A stretch of 64,000 nt of DNA from Thermoplasmata archaeon (GCA_049965275.1 JBMFWM010000001.1:2752-66751), one strand, 5' to 3'. Positions 9,572 through 19,710 are shown, counted from the stretch's first letter. Made by a program: numbers and translations. Notes: generated from the letters alone by a model not told the origin.

Positions 9572-10599
9572 CAGCCCGCATCGGAATAACGGAGGTATCA
9601 GGTCATATATTCTGGGAAAACAGAATGCAGAAGGGGACCCTCAGACTTGATGGAGAGAACATTGTCTTTACAAAGAACATACCAAACTCACCAGCTTATA
9701 TTGGGACAGTGATTCCTGCCCCATTCAATTCACATGTGCACATTTCCGACTCATTCATTAAAGATGAACCACCATCAAATCTTCTTGAATCTGTGGGACC
9801 TGGCGGCTTTAAACATACATCTCTTAATAGGGCAAGCAGCTCTGAAAAGGAGGCAGGGATAAGAAAATCATTAGAGATAATGGACAAGACAGGAAGTTTT
9901 GGTTTCTGTGATTTCAGGGAAGACGGGATTGATGGCACAAAACTTGGTAGGAACATACGCAATGGTCAGGTAAAGGTTATACTTGGTCGGCCCGGGCGCA
10001 TCTCTGAGATAGATCAGGTACTTAATGCTTCAAACGGTATAGCAATGAGCTCTATTATCGATGATGACTCTGAGCTTTTACGATTGTCTGCAGAGAGGGC
10101 ACACAGGGATAGAAAATTGTTTGCCCTGCATCTCAGCGAAGCAGTGAGAGAAGACGCAGAGGCGGCTATTGAATTAAATCCGGATTTTCTGGTGCATTGT
10201 GGATTCTGCAGCCATTCTGATCTTTCTATGATCAGCAAAAAGGGTATTTCTATAGCAATTACTCCAAGATCAAATGTATTTTATGGCATCGGCGTGGACT
10301 ATTCCCGATTCATTGGCGCTGGAATCAATGTTATGTTAGGTACTGATAACTGCATGGTTGTAAACCCTGATTTATTTGCTGAGATGAGCTTTTTGTACCT
10401 AAATGCAAAATACACAACGAGGATAGATCCTGAGACAATAATATCAATGGCGACCCTTAACTGGCGGAAAGTTTTCCCTTCTGCCGATGCCGGGCTTAGG
10501 AACAAATTTCTCTTTTTCGGATCAAACCTTATGACACCATATGAGGTGGTTATGCGTTCTTCAGGCGAAAAATTTTCGCGAATTGAAATGAAATATTAA
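9568..10599 (+). CDS. Amidohydrolase-superfamily protein (chlorohydrolase/deaminase-like)
   Basis: PAPFNSHVHISDS (HxH metal motif) and a late LGTDN motif. The start overlaps the rtcB stop (ATGA). Confidence 0.6.
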   Translation: MTARIGITEVSGHIFWENRMQKGTLRLDGENIVFTKNIPNSPAYIGTVIPAPFNSHVHISDSFIKDEPPSNLLESVGPGGFKHTSLNRASSSEKEAGIRKSLEIMDKTGSFGFCDFREDGIDGTKLGRNIRNGQVKVILGRPGRISEIDQVLNASNGIAMSSIIDDDSELLRLSAERAHRDRKLFALHLSEAVREDAEAAIELNPDFLVHCGFCSHSDLSMISKKGISIAITPRSNVFYGIGVDYSRFIGAGINVMLGTDNCMVVNPDLFAEMSFLYLNAKYTTRIDPETIISMATLNWRKVFPSADAGLRNKFLFFGSNLMTPYEVVMRSSGEKFSRIEMKY

Positions 10600-10678
10600 C
10601 CACATTAAGCATGCCTAAAAACCGCTATTTTGCGGCTTTACATAAATAATATCCAGTGTTATAAGGCAGTCAAAAACG

Positions 10679-10687
10679 TTTATATTA
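10679..10687 (+). promoter_or_regulatory. Candidate TATA box for the surface glycoprotein gene
   Basis: TTTATATTA lies 17-25 nt upstream of the GTG at 10704. This spacing suggests a leaderless or very short-leader mRNA, or a slightly later start (TTG at 10722). Confidence 0.35.
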
Positions 10688-10703
10688 TGTTTTTTACTTC
10701 CCC

Positions 10704-13625
10704 GTGAAGAGGACGATCCTATTGAAAAGGAACATAATAATAGCGATATTACTAACGACAATGATGCTGCTTGGAGCAGTCGTCATTACTAGTAATTCCT
10801 ACGCAATAACACCGAAAACAGGGATAGTAAATGAGCACATATTCTATGCGGAGAATGGAAACACGATATCCAACGCAAATGCCTCAACTGTTACAAATAT
10901 ATACAATTACCAGGGAGTCCTCGTATCAAGTTCAACCGGAGCAAGCGTTTCGTTTAATCTGACATATGGAAACTACCAGCTCGTCGTGCAGCCACTCTTT
11001 GGTAACGTTGCAGGATTTGGTTATGTAATCGCCAGCAAGCTTTACTATAATCTGACAGTTGGCAAACCAACAGCATCGCTGAATCTGACAGTTCCTGTCG
11101 CTTCAACATCAACGCATAGCTTCTCCATTACCGGACTCTCTCCATCCAGCGCAACCGTATCTTTCATAGATTCCAGTGGATTTGTTTTCAATACAATAAC
11201 CACAAATGGTACTGCAAGGAACGTCAGTCTTCCGAGTGGGCCTCTTACTGTCAGGGTATACTACGACGGAGCATATTTCCAGTACGGCGTGAACGTAGTC
11301 GGCACATCTCCTGTATCTGTCTCAATAACAGGGCAAGAGAATATATTCGGCTATGTGACAAGCAGTACAGGCGCAACGATCAGTTCAGTTAACGTTGTAG
11401 TACTTAACAAGACATCGCTTTCATACAACACACAGCAGTTCACAGGTGATCAGTACACAGTCTTCTCAAACAACTGGACAGACAGTGTTGTTGTGATATC
11501 ATCACCTGGATATGCACCTTATCAGTTATATCCCGTCAAGACAGGACCGAATTCAGTTGTTCTGACACCGTCAAACTCAACGATAACGACATCATATGCA
11601 CTGTCAAAGAACCCATCATATCTTAATGTTTCCATAACATATTCTCTGAGTAACTCAACACCAATTCCAAACCTACCGAACGCCAGTGTAGGCTCTCTTT
11701 ACTGGCAGGAGGTCCTTGATCATTTCACCTCTTCTTATCTTAATACTTACCTGACTTCACAGTTCCTTAACTATACCAACTCAACGATAATGGTTGGTTC
11801 CTACAACTATGCGTTGCAAACGGCAAAAGTGAGCGGATCCGTGACACTTACTGCTTCCACTTTCTCTGCGACAGTTGAGGCAGCATATTACAACAATGCA
11901 GTTACTACTTCTGTCTACAAACCGCCTCTGGCTGTTAAGATATTTGGTCTTGCGACAGTTAATGAACCTGGAAAACTGCAGTATCTTTACCAGTTCGCAT
12001 ACAGTAACTCAAGTCTTGGACTAGCCAGTTCTTCTGTTACTGTGACATCATACACCTCACCAATCAAAGTCAGCGCCTTATCCTCCACAGGATTTTTCAC
12101 ACTGAACTTTGGGTCCTTGAAACTTCCAACTTTCATAAATGCAAACATGGGCATGTCCTGGAAGGGTCTTACCTCAAGCCAGTACATGCTTAACTCCACC
12201 CAGAAGAATACAGTATTTGTGGTCCCAACGAACACATCCGTTTCTATCAATGTCTCTAACGCGTTCTACAACCCGGTTACTGGTCAGAGTAACTACCTCC
12301 TGTCCAACTTCACCTGGACTATAAACGGAAAAAGCGTTGTTTATGGCTACAATATTTCATATAACTTTGGAACCACTTTGAAGAACACTGTGAACATAAC
12401 AGGTGTCAGTGCTTCGAACCAGACAAACAAGACATCTTTCACTGTTTACGCATATAACGGAACACCCTTTGCAAACTATACAATAAGCTACAGCGGGAAG
12501 TCTCCTTACAGAGGAAACACCTCTACAACATCTACCTCACCGGTTCCGATATCTGTTCCGCAGCTTACTCCAACATCTTTCAGCGCATACAATTCATCCC
12601 TTACTATTCCCGGAACAAGCTACAAGATGTTCCTTGAATACGACTGGAACTTTACAAACTTCACATCTGCATCGCCTAACGCAACAAACAGGTTCCCCAC
12701 ACCTACACTGAATGGAACCACTCTTCCAGGAAACCTGACGGTTACAGGAGTGACGGGCGGATCGACAAAAGTATACTTTGCCGTCAATGTAACGGTGACT
12801 ACGCCACCTTCACCGGCAATAAACGTCTATAATTTGACAAACACAAAGCTCTCCATAATCAACCCGGTATCCGGTGTTAGTGTACTTCTTTCGGGTAACG
12901 CGACAACTGATCCATATTTCCCCATCTCCGAACTTTCATTCAACTGGTCATTCTCGTACCAGAATGGCACGAAGATTGGATACAATTCAGCAGCTATACC
13001 GTTTGTATCTGGAAGTTTCAATGGCACATGGGTCGTAGTCAAATTCAACACTCTCCAGAACGTGGTTGTAACCCTAAAAGTTACACATAATGGGGTCTCA
13101 GGTTACCTGAACAGAACGCTTACAATGCTTGTGAACACCCCAAGACTAGTTGTGAACTCCATATATGTAGCAGGTAAGCTCGTTCAGGGTAGTGCGTCGA
13201 CGCTCTACATTAATGTCACTAACAAAGGTAACCTGAACACTACAAACTTCCAGATATGGATAGTTGTCAACGGCCTTACTGTTGCATCACACTCATATAC
13301 AAATGAACCTCTCAACGTTTCTCAGACTAGGAATCTCTCCTTCACTTGGTCCCCGAACCTCAAGGGTAGCCTCAACATAGAAGTGCTCGCAAACAACACC
13401 AGCGAGCCGACATACTTTAACCAGCTAGGCGCATACACCACAACAGTATCTGTCTCGCCTCCCGCCTATACCACTCCGCTGATTGTTATAGGAATAATTG
13501 CTGTTATAGTGGTAATATTCCTGGGATATTACAGGTTTGCAACAAGAGGGTCAAAAGCGTCAAAGACCGAGACGAAACCAAAGATACAGATACCTGAGCA
13601 GAAGAAGCTCGAAAAGAAAAAATAA
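10704..13625 (+). CDS. Large membrane-anchored surface glycoprotein with a C-terminal CARDB-like domain
   Basis: N-terminal signal/TM segment (IIIAILLTTMMLLGAVVITSNSYA), S/T/N-rich, and sequons throughout. A CARDB-like segment runs GSASTLYINVTNKGNLNTTNFQIWIVVNG...LSFTWSPNLKGSLNIEVLAN. The C-terminus has a TM helix plus a K-rich tail. Confidence 0.75.
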   Translation: MKRTILLKRNIIIAILLTTMMLLGAVVITSNSYAITPKTGIVNEHIFYAENGNTISNANASTVTNIYNYQGVLVSSSTGASVSFNLTYGNYQLVVQPLFGNVAGFGYVIASKLYYNLTVGKPTASLNLTVPVASTSTHSFSITGLSPSSATVSFIDSSGFVFNTITTNGTARNVSLPSGPLTVRVYYDGAYFQYGVNVVGTSPVSVSITGQENIFGYVTSSTGATISSVNVVVLNKTSLSYNTQQFTGDQYTVFSNNWTDSVVVISSPGYAPYQLYPVKTGPNSVVLTPSNSTITTSYALSKNPSYLNVSITYSLSNSTPIPNLPNASVGSLYWQEVLDHFTSSYLNTYLTSQFLNYTNSTIMVGSYNYALQTAKVSGSVTLTASTFSATVEAAYYNNAVTTSVYKPPLAVKIFGLATVNEPGKLQYLYQFAYSNSSLGLASSSVTVTSYTSPIKVSALSSTGFFTLNFGSLKLPTFINANMGMSWKGLTSSQYMLNSTQKNTVFVVPTNTSVSINVSNAFYNPVTGQSNYLLSNFTWTINGKSVVYGYNISYNFGTTLKNTVNITGVSASNQTNKTSFTVYAYNGTPFANYTISYSGKSPYRGNTSTTSTSPVPISVPQLTPTSFSAYNSSLTIPGTSYKMFLEYDWNFTNFTSASPNATNRFPTPTLNGTTLPGNLTVTGVTGGSTKVYFAVNVTVTTPPSPAINVYNLTNTKLSIINPVSGVSVLLSGNATTDPYFPISELSFNWSFSYQNGTKIGYNSAAIPFVSGSFNGTWVVVKFNTLQNVVVTLKVTHNGVSGYLNRTLTMLVNTPRLVVNSIYVAGKLVQGSASTLYINVTNKGNLNTTNFQIWIVVNGLTVASHSYTNEPLNVSQTRNLSFTWSPNLKGSLNIEVLANNTSEPTYFNQLGAYTTTVSVSPPAYTTPLIVIGIIAVIVVIFLGYYRFATRGSKASKTETKPKIQIPEQKKLEKKK

Positions 13626-13688
13626 TCATGGGTATTTTTTAACCCAAATTCATTATTTTATTTATTTTGACCAAAAGATAGTTTTGAT

Positions 13689-13716
13689 GGAGCTTCGTTT
13701 AGGCTCCTTTTTTTTT
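13689..13716 (+). terminator. Hairpin plus T9 tract downstream of the surface protein gene
   Basis: GGAGC-ttcgtttag-GCTCC is followed immediately by nine T (13708-13716), ~65 nt after the stop codon. Oligo-T is the archaeal termination signal. Confidence 0.5.
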
Positions 13717-14069
13717 GTATTGCATGTACTGTTTCTTTACTCTTTACAGCCTTACCTGAGTCCGCTTATTCAAGTCTTGGTGATCTTTATGCCTTGAAAT
13801 AATTCGAGTAAAATAATCCGGATCAACACTCACTGCTATTATCATTAGGGTAAACCATAATAACGCGATCTCTTGTTGGAATTTTGGCACTTGCATGAAA
13901 ACGAACATTCTGCATGACTGAAAATTATTCCAAGATTTTCAATAGAAAGTGAAATGTAAGGCAGGTAATTGACTGTGCATTCGCATCCGCCAGATGGAAC
14001 ACATGACTTTGTTCAATTCGCACATAATCTTGATATTACGTTATTTATGGTTTAAGACCTCAACGAAGT

Positions 14070-15716
14070 CTACATCTCGTCAAGCAGTGTAATCCCAAGC
14101 AGGTAGCAGGCGTCCTGAAGAACATGCCTGTAAATATTGACGACCTTTGCCCTCTTCACCTCATGTTCACCAGATCCAACAACCCTGCAATTATTGTAAA
14201 AATCATTAAAAGAACGCACAAGTTCCAGCACGTATGAAGCAATAGGGTCCACCCGAAGTCCGTCCCTTGCAGCCTGAAGCGAGTACGGATACAGGTAGAG
14301 CATCCGAAGCAGGGAGCGTTCGTACTGATCAAAGACATTGCTTATTTCACCGCCGGTCTTGGCTTCCTTCAGTATCTTCGTAGTTCTTGCGTATGAATAC
14401 ATGATATAAGGTGCCGAATCTCCTTCAAGGTTGAGTGCTTCAGACCATTTGAATACCAGTTCTTTTCCAAGGTTTATCTTGGCAATCTGGAACCTGATAG
14501 CAGAAACTGCTACTGCGCTTGCAATTTTGTGCAGACCATCTTCAGGCAGGTCGGGCCTCTTTGACTTTACTATCTCCAGCGCGTTCTGCTCTGCTTTCTC
14601 AATCAACTCATCAAGTGTCACGACGTTTCCAGACCTAGTTGACATTTTACCGCTGTCAAGAGAGATAAAGCTGTAGAATACAAATGATATTTTAGAACGC
14701 AGGTTCACCATGTCCTGAAGGATTTCATTAAGGGACTTTGCATAGTCCCGGTGATCTTCGCCAAGAACGTCAATGAGCCAGTCATAATTCAGTGACTTGA
14801 ACTTATGGTAGGCGAGATCCCGTAGGGTATAGAGAGAAGTTCCATCCGCCCTGCGCAGGAAGACCTTTGATCCGTTACTGAGCTCTATGAACTGGGCATC
14901 ATTCTCGCTTTTTATGTTGTCGGAAAGGGAGGAAAGGACATCATCCATCTCCTGACTCTTTAAAAATGCTGATTCCCAGACGTAATCGTCAATCTTGATC
15001 CCAATACTTGAAAGAGATGTAGTGATTCCTTTGAGCATCACTGTGCATATTTCACGCACTTCCCTTACCACAGTTGGCTCTCCGGATTCATACTTCTTGA
15101 TCAGTGCTTCGATCTCCTTCTCCTTGGTTTTATCCTCTTCTATCTCGCGGTAAACTTTCCTGTACCCTTCTAAAAGGTGCTGAATATCTATGATTCTGTC
15201 GGGTGACTTAAGGTAACCAAGGTAAAGACCCATTACCTGCTTCCCGGTATCATTGACGAAATATTGCGTCGATACCCGGTAACCGCAGCGCTTAAGGATC
15301 CTGGCAAGGGAATCACCAACGATAGAGTTCCTTGCCCTCCCGATGTGAATAGGGCCAGTAGGGTTCGTACTTGTATGCTCAAGCAGAACACGCTCTGGGT
15401 CCTGGAAAGTATCCGGGAAGACGCCCTTCTCTTTCAGAGAAGTGTCCATTATATCAAGGTATGATTGCTCCTTTATCTTGATGTTGAGATACTTGCCATC
15501 TAAACTAACTGAAGAGACATATTTCTCCTTACCCAATTCATTCAATACACTTTGCATCAACTTTTCAAACCCGGGCTTGCCAGAAAAACGGAAAAGTTTC
15601 AGGGAAAAATCTGCATGTCCAGTCCTATCAGTATCTAGGTCTTTAGCGCTGACATCAAGCGCCAGATTCCTGCATGTACGAATAATTGAATCCCTGATAT
15701 CGTCAAAGAGCAGCAC
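14070..15716 (-). CDS. argS: Arginine--tRNA ligase
   Basis: STNPTGPIHIGRARNSIVGD (class I HIGH-type motif as in ArgRS), a C-terminal DALR-like anticodon-binding helix bundle, and 548 aa length. Confidence 0.9.
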   Translation of the reverse strand: MLLFDDIRDSIIRTCRNLALDVSAKDLDTDRTGHADFSLKLFRFSGKPGFEKLMQSVLNELGKEKYVSSVSLDGKYLNIKIKEQSYLDIMDTSLKEKGVFPDTFQDPERVLLEHTSTNPTGPIHIGRARNSIVGDSLARILKRCGYRVSTQYFVNDTGKQVMGLYLGYLKSPDRIIDIQHLLEGYRKVYREIEEDKTKEKEIEALIKKYESGEPTVVREVREICTVMLKGITTSLSSIGIKIDDYVWESAFLKSQEMDDVLSSLSDNIKSENDAQFIELSNGSKVFLRRADGTSLYTLRDLAYHKFKSLNYDWLIDVLGEDHRDYAKSLNEILQDMVNLRSKISFVFYSFISLDSGKMSTRSGNVVTLDELIEKAEQNALEIVKSKRPDLPEDGLHKIASAVAVSAIRFQIAKINLGKELVFKWSEALNLEGDSAPYIMYSYARTTKILKEAKTGGEISNVFDQYERSLLRMLYLYPYSLQAARDGLRVDPIASYVLELVRSFNDFYNNCRVVGSGEHEVKRAKVVNIYRHVLQDACYLLGITLLDEM

Positions 15717-15759
15717 GCGTCTTCATGATCGGGCTGTATAAATCATTTTCTTACATTGC

Positions 15760-17013
15760 TCAGAGAAACTCAACACCAGCGCCCAGCCTTTTAAGATCAG
15801 ACAAAAAAGAAGGATAGCTTTTTGCTATCTTTTCTACGTTTGAATGCATTACAGGTTTGCCAGAGGCAATTCCAGCGATAATCCCTGCCATGATCATTCT
15901 GTGTTCAGTGAACTCAAGCAATTCCGGATGTCTGCCGGAATCGCCTTTTCTGATGAAAAGAAGATCACCCGAATCCTGGATCCTTGATCCGAAAGCGCGT
16001 GCCAGTCTCTTTATATCAGCATACCTGTCACTTTCCTTCCCTCGGAGCCTTCCTGGATTCATAATACGGCATCCCGCTTCAGAGAACATACCAAGGACGG
16101 CAAGAGGCGGTGCTAGATCCGGGTTCGAAGCTGCATCGACTGTAATCTGCTCCAGTTGCCTTTTGGAGACAGTATAAGAACCCTCTTTGGCCGCTTCACT
16201 GTTGCATGGAATCATTTGCAGGATTGCGGAATCCGGCTGGTCCGAATTATGTTGGAGTCCATGAACGATGATGCCATCCGGAGAGCAAAGGAGTCCGGCG
16301 GCAAACAGAAAACCTGCCGCAGAATAATCACCATCCGCGGAAAGGCTAAGCGGAGCATGATTAAATTCACCTGTTACCTTGAAACCATCCCCTGTTTCCT
16401 TGACTGCAGGTCCAAATCTTGAAAGTATGCTTGCGGTCAGTTTCACATATCCACTTGATACACTCCTTTCACTGATCATGACAATGCCCTCACCTCCAAT
16501 CATTGACTGAAACAATATACAAGCACTGACAAACTGCGAACTTTCTGATCCATCAATCCTGATCTTGCCACTTGTAATCCGGGATCCGTCAAGATGAAGA
16601 GTGAGATCATTCAATCTGTAGGTTAACCCTCTTTCCGATAGTGCGTCTAGAAGAGGGCGAATTGGTCTCCCGGCCAACTGTCTGCTTACTTCAATATCAA
16701 TTACAGATCGTTTCCCGGCAAGTAAACCTATGACAAGGCGATATGACGTCCCCGACTCACCTGCAAATATCCTATCAGGATTCCTGAATTCTCCCTGCAC
16801 CTTTATGGAATTTTTGTAACTGCTCACATTAAGGCCACATTTCTTGGCGATCTCAATTGAGATCAGATCATCGTCGCAAAAGGCAACATTACCAAGCGCA
16901 AGCGGCGTGCTGCTGAACGCTGATATCAAAACAGCTCTCTGAGTGAAACTTTTGGATCCTGGGGCAGTAACTTCTCCATGAAGATCGCAATGCGAAACAA
17001 GCACCGAGGTCAA
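15760..17013 (-). CDS. aroA: 3-phosphoshikimate 1-carboxyvinyltransferase (EPSP synthase)
   Basis: APGSKSFTQRAVL N-terminal motif, 417 aa, and first gene of an overlapping aro operon. Confidence 0.9.
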   Translation of the reverse strand: MTSVLVSHCDLHGEVTAPGSKSFTQRAVLISAFSSTPLALGNVAFCDDDLISIEIAKKCGLNVSSYKNSIKVQGEFRNPDRIFAGESGTSYRLVIGLLAGKRSVIDIEVSRQLAGRPIRPLLDALSERGLTYRLNDLTLHLDGSRITSGKIRIDGSESSQFVSACILFQSMIGGEGIVMISERSVSSGYVKLTASILSRFGPAVKETGDGFKVTGEFNHAPLSLSADGDYSAAGFLFAAGLLCSPDGIIVHGLQHNSDQPDSAILQMIPCNSEAAKEGSYTVSKRQLEQITVDAASNPDLAPPLAVLGMFSEAGCRIMNPGRLRGKESDRYADIKRLARAFGSRIQDSGDLLFIRKGDSGRHPELLEFTEHRMIMAGIIAGIASGKPVMHSNVEKIAKSYPSFLSDLKRLGAGVEFL

Positions 17014-17825
17014 CTAAATTTCACCGTCGCCTTTGTGTTACTGAGTCTGGTCATTATAACTTCATACCTTCTTGAAGGAAAATTCTTTGCTGCATTGATA
17101 ATATCCTCATGATTATCGTAAATTGCAAACATTGCAGGCCCCTTCCCTGAAATAGATGAGTAGGTTGCTCCGCTCCTCAGAAGATAAGAAAGAATCTCAT
17201 GATCATAACCCAGTATGTTACCCAGAATCAAACCATTCAATACCATTGCCTCGTAGTAAAAACCATCTTCAACCAATCTCCTTAATGGTCCAAATGAACT
17301 TGCGGCATTCTTGATTGATGCCTGATCTATCTTGGATGTCAACCGCCTCACATTCTTCGGATAGCAAACAAGAACGTCTCTCTCCTTTACCGGGCGGTGA
17401 ATGAGAATCTCGTCTTTATTGTTATCTGTCAGGGTTACTCCACCATACAAGGCACAGCATATGTCATCTATAGCACCTGTAATCGATGTGCCATTTGCCC
17501 TTGAACATTTTGCAGCAACAACTGGGACATCAGACAGATCCTTCTCGTGATAATGAAAAAACCCAAGAACAACAGCTAGAGTTAGGGCGCTGCTGCTCTT
17601 AAGGCCGACGGCTCTGGGTATTCTGCTTCTTACGCGAACATACGGATGATATTCCATGCCATACATTCTGTTGAGCAGATCAAGTGTCTTTTCTATGGCA
17701 ATACTGTTTTTCCTGTCCTGATCAAGAAACTCCACATCAAGAGGAAGATTAACGCCTATAGCTGCTCCAATCCCGTTTGCAAATGCAGAAATTACGGAGA
17801 GGCCGCCATGTGTCGTGACCTTCAA
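17010..17825 (-). CDS. aroK: Shikimate kinase, archaeal GHMP-kinase type
   Basis: GHMP motif PRAVGLKSSSALTLAVV and 271 aa length. It overlaps aroA and aroE by 4 nt each. Confidence 0.8.
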   Translation of the reverse strand: MKVTTHGGLSVISAFANGIGAAIGVNLPLDVEFLDQDRKNSIAIEKTLDLLNRMYGMEYHPYVRVRSRIPRAVGLKSSSALTLAVVLGFFHYHEKDLSDVPVVAAKCSRANGTSITGAIDDICCALYGGVTLTDNNKDEILIHRPVKERDVLVCYPKNVRRLTSKIDQASIKNAASSFGPLRRLVEDGFYYEAMVLNGLILGNILGYDHEILSYLLRSGATYSSISGKGPAMFAIYDNHEDIINAAKNFPSRRYEVIMTRLSNTKATVKFS

Positions 17826-18646
17826 GGTGAAATACCTCTGAACTTCTGGAACTCCTTTCTAAATAGGGCCTCAACCGTCTTGCCTGAAAGATCAAACATT
17901 TTATCAAGAGTGGCCAAGCCCTGCCCTATAAACATCTCCTCCCCGTTAATAATTCTCCATCCGCTTTCCTCCATAATCCTGAGGAACAGGGTCCTTGGTG
18001 GATTGTAAACGAGATCAATTGCAACTCCGCTTTTTGCCCTGCGTCGAGGGGGAGGGGGAAGAACCCTCTCCACCGATTCAGGAGTGCAGTTTACCACAAT
18101 ATCGCATAACCTGAACATATCGGAGTAAGAAATCACGGGATAATCGAGATCATAGGCTTCCAGCTTCCTCTCGGTCAACTCGGGGTTCCTGCTGGCAACG
18201 TGCAGAGATGCCGGCGTGTATCTGCCTGATATGGTATGCATCACGCTTCTTGCAGCCCCGCCTGAACCGACTATCACCACATTCATATCGTTGAGGGATA
18301 CATTGTTCCTGACAATGAGATTCTCAAACCCTGCTACGTCAAGGTTGTCTCCTGTAATCCTGCTACCGGAAAAGCTTAGAAGGTTTACGGACTGCGTCTT
18401 TCCTGCCGCAGGTGAAAGCCTATCGCAGAAATCCAGGACAGTGTTCTTGTGTGGTGATGTTACGTTCAGAGCAAAAAAATGATCCCCCGCACGTTTGAGA
18501 AATGGCGCCAGATTGGCCGGCGCCAGGTCAATAGCGGCATAAAATGCATCTATAGCCATCTCACTGAATATACTGTTATAAACAAACTGGCCCGCTGACT
18601 GGGATACCGGCCTGCCTATCAATCCTACTAATTTTCCTTCAGCCAT
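17822..18646 (-). CDS. aroE: Shikimate dehydrogenase
   Basis: LIGRPVSQSAGQFVYN substrate motif and VIVGSGGAARSV dinucleotide fold. Confidence 0.85.
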   Translation of the reverse strand: MAEGKLVGLIGRPVSQSAGQFVYNSIFSEMAIDAFYAAIDLAPANLAPFLKRAGDHFFALNVTSPHKNTVLDFCDRLSPAAGKTQSVNLLSFSGSRITGDNLDVAGFENLIVRNNVSLNDMNVVIVGSGGAARSVMHTISGRYTPASLHVASRNPELTERKLEAYDLDYPVISYSDMFRLCDIVVNCTPESVERVLPPPPRRRAKSGVAIDLVYNPPRTLFLRIMEESGWRIINGEEMFIGQGLATLDKMFDLSGKTVEALFRKEFQKFRGISP

Positions 18647-19710
18647 TTGCCTAACGCCTCCAAATATTTATCAACCGGCAATACCAAATTCCTGCAGGAT
18701 TCGGGGCCATCCAATACCTGCACCGTGATATTGCCTGATCTTACCTTTTTGTCGTATTTTATTGCATCCATAAGCTTCTGGTGCATATCCTCTCCTATGG
18801 ATATCTGATCGATATTGAAGCGTTTGGCGATATCATCAATCCGGTCACTTGCAATATCTTTAATCCCAAACATGCGAAACATTAACTGTGATTCGATCTT
18901 CATCCCCCACATAACTGCCGTACCATGCGGGATCGTATACTCGGATGCCCTTTCAATCGCATGCCCCACGGTGTGCCCAAAGTTCAGAAGTTCCCTCCCA
19001 CCTGACTTTTCCTGCGGGTCATTAGATACAATATCCATCTTTATTCGGGCACATTTGAATATCAGATCAGGAAGTGCAGGATATCTTGTGAATGCTGTAT
19101 AATCCGAAAAAGAAAGAAGATCATCTATGATGGAAGCATCCCGTATGAAACCATATTTTGCCATCTCAGCGATTCCCTGCTTCTGATGTTCCGAACCCTT
19201 TCCAAGAAAAACAGAATCCATCATCACTGTGCTTGGGTTATAGAATGTACCGACTGCATTCTTGCCGTCCGCAAGGTCTATTCCGTTCTTTCCGCCAAGG
19301 GAAGAGTCCACCATGGCAAGCAATGTTGTGGGAAAAGCGACCAGGCCAATTCCGCGCATGTATGTTGATGCGCAGAATCCGGTCAGATCCCCAAGTGTTC
19401 CACCGCCAAAATATGCTATGGAAGATCCTCTGTCCAGTCTGCATGATCGCATGACTTTTATCAGATCGATGTACGAGTCAAATGTCTTTAGCCCTTCTCC
19501 ATCCTCCACTCGCACAATCTGGACTTCAGGCAACGATTTCTCAATGCTCTCGAAGGCGATGTTCCAGGAATTCAGAAAACCGGAACCCGCAACAATGAGT
19601 CCCGTGTTGCTTTCGCTAATGGCAGAAATCATTCTACTAGATATTCCATTACCGACCAATAACCTGCATTCGGAGACAGGTGTGTTGCAGGAAAATGTAT
19701 GTTCGAGCAT
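18628..19710 (-). CDS. aroB: 3-dehydroquinate synthase (classical AroB type)
   Basis: GGGTLGDLTGFCASTYMRGI and metal-binding FGHTVGHAIE motifs. Confidence 0.85.
   Translation of the reverse strand: MLEHTFSCNTPVSECRLLVGNGISSRMISAISESNTGLIVAGSGFLNSWNIAFESIEKSLPEVQIVRVEDGEGLKTFDSYIDLIKVMRSCRLDRGSSIAYFGGGTLGDLTGFCASTYMRGIGLVAFPTTLLAMVDSSLGGKNGIDLADGKNAVGTFYNPSTVMMDSVFLGKGSEHQKQGIAEMAKYGFIRDASIIDDLLSFSDYTAFTRYPALPDLIFKCARIKMDIVSNDPQEKSGGRELLNFGHTVGHAIERASEYTIPHGTAVMWGMKIESQLMFRMFGIKDIASDRIDDIAKRFNIDQISIGEDMHQKLMDAIKYDKKVRSGNITVQVLDGPESCRNLVLPVDKYLEALGKWLKEN

Noticed and set aside
13626-14069. Possible SRP (7S) RNA or tRNA in the large convergent spacer
   Set aside because: The region is strongly AT-rich. 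It has no GC-rich helices, no GGUUCGAAUC-type T-arm and no SRP domain IV motifs.
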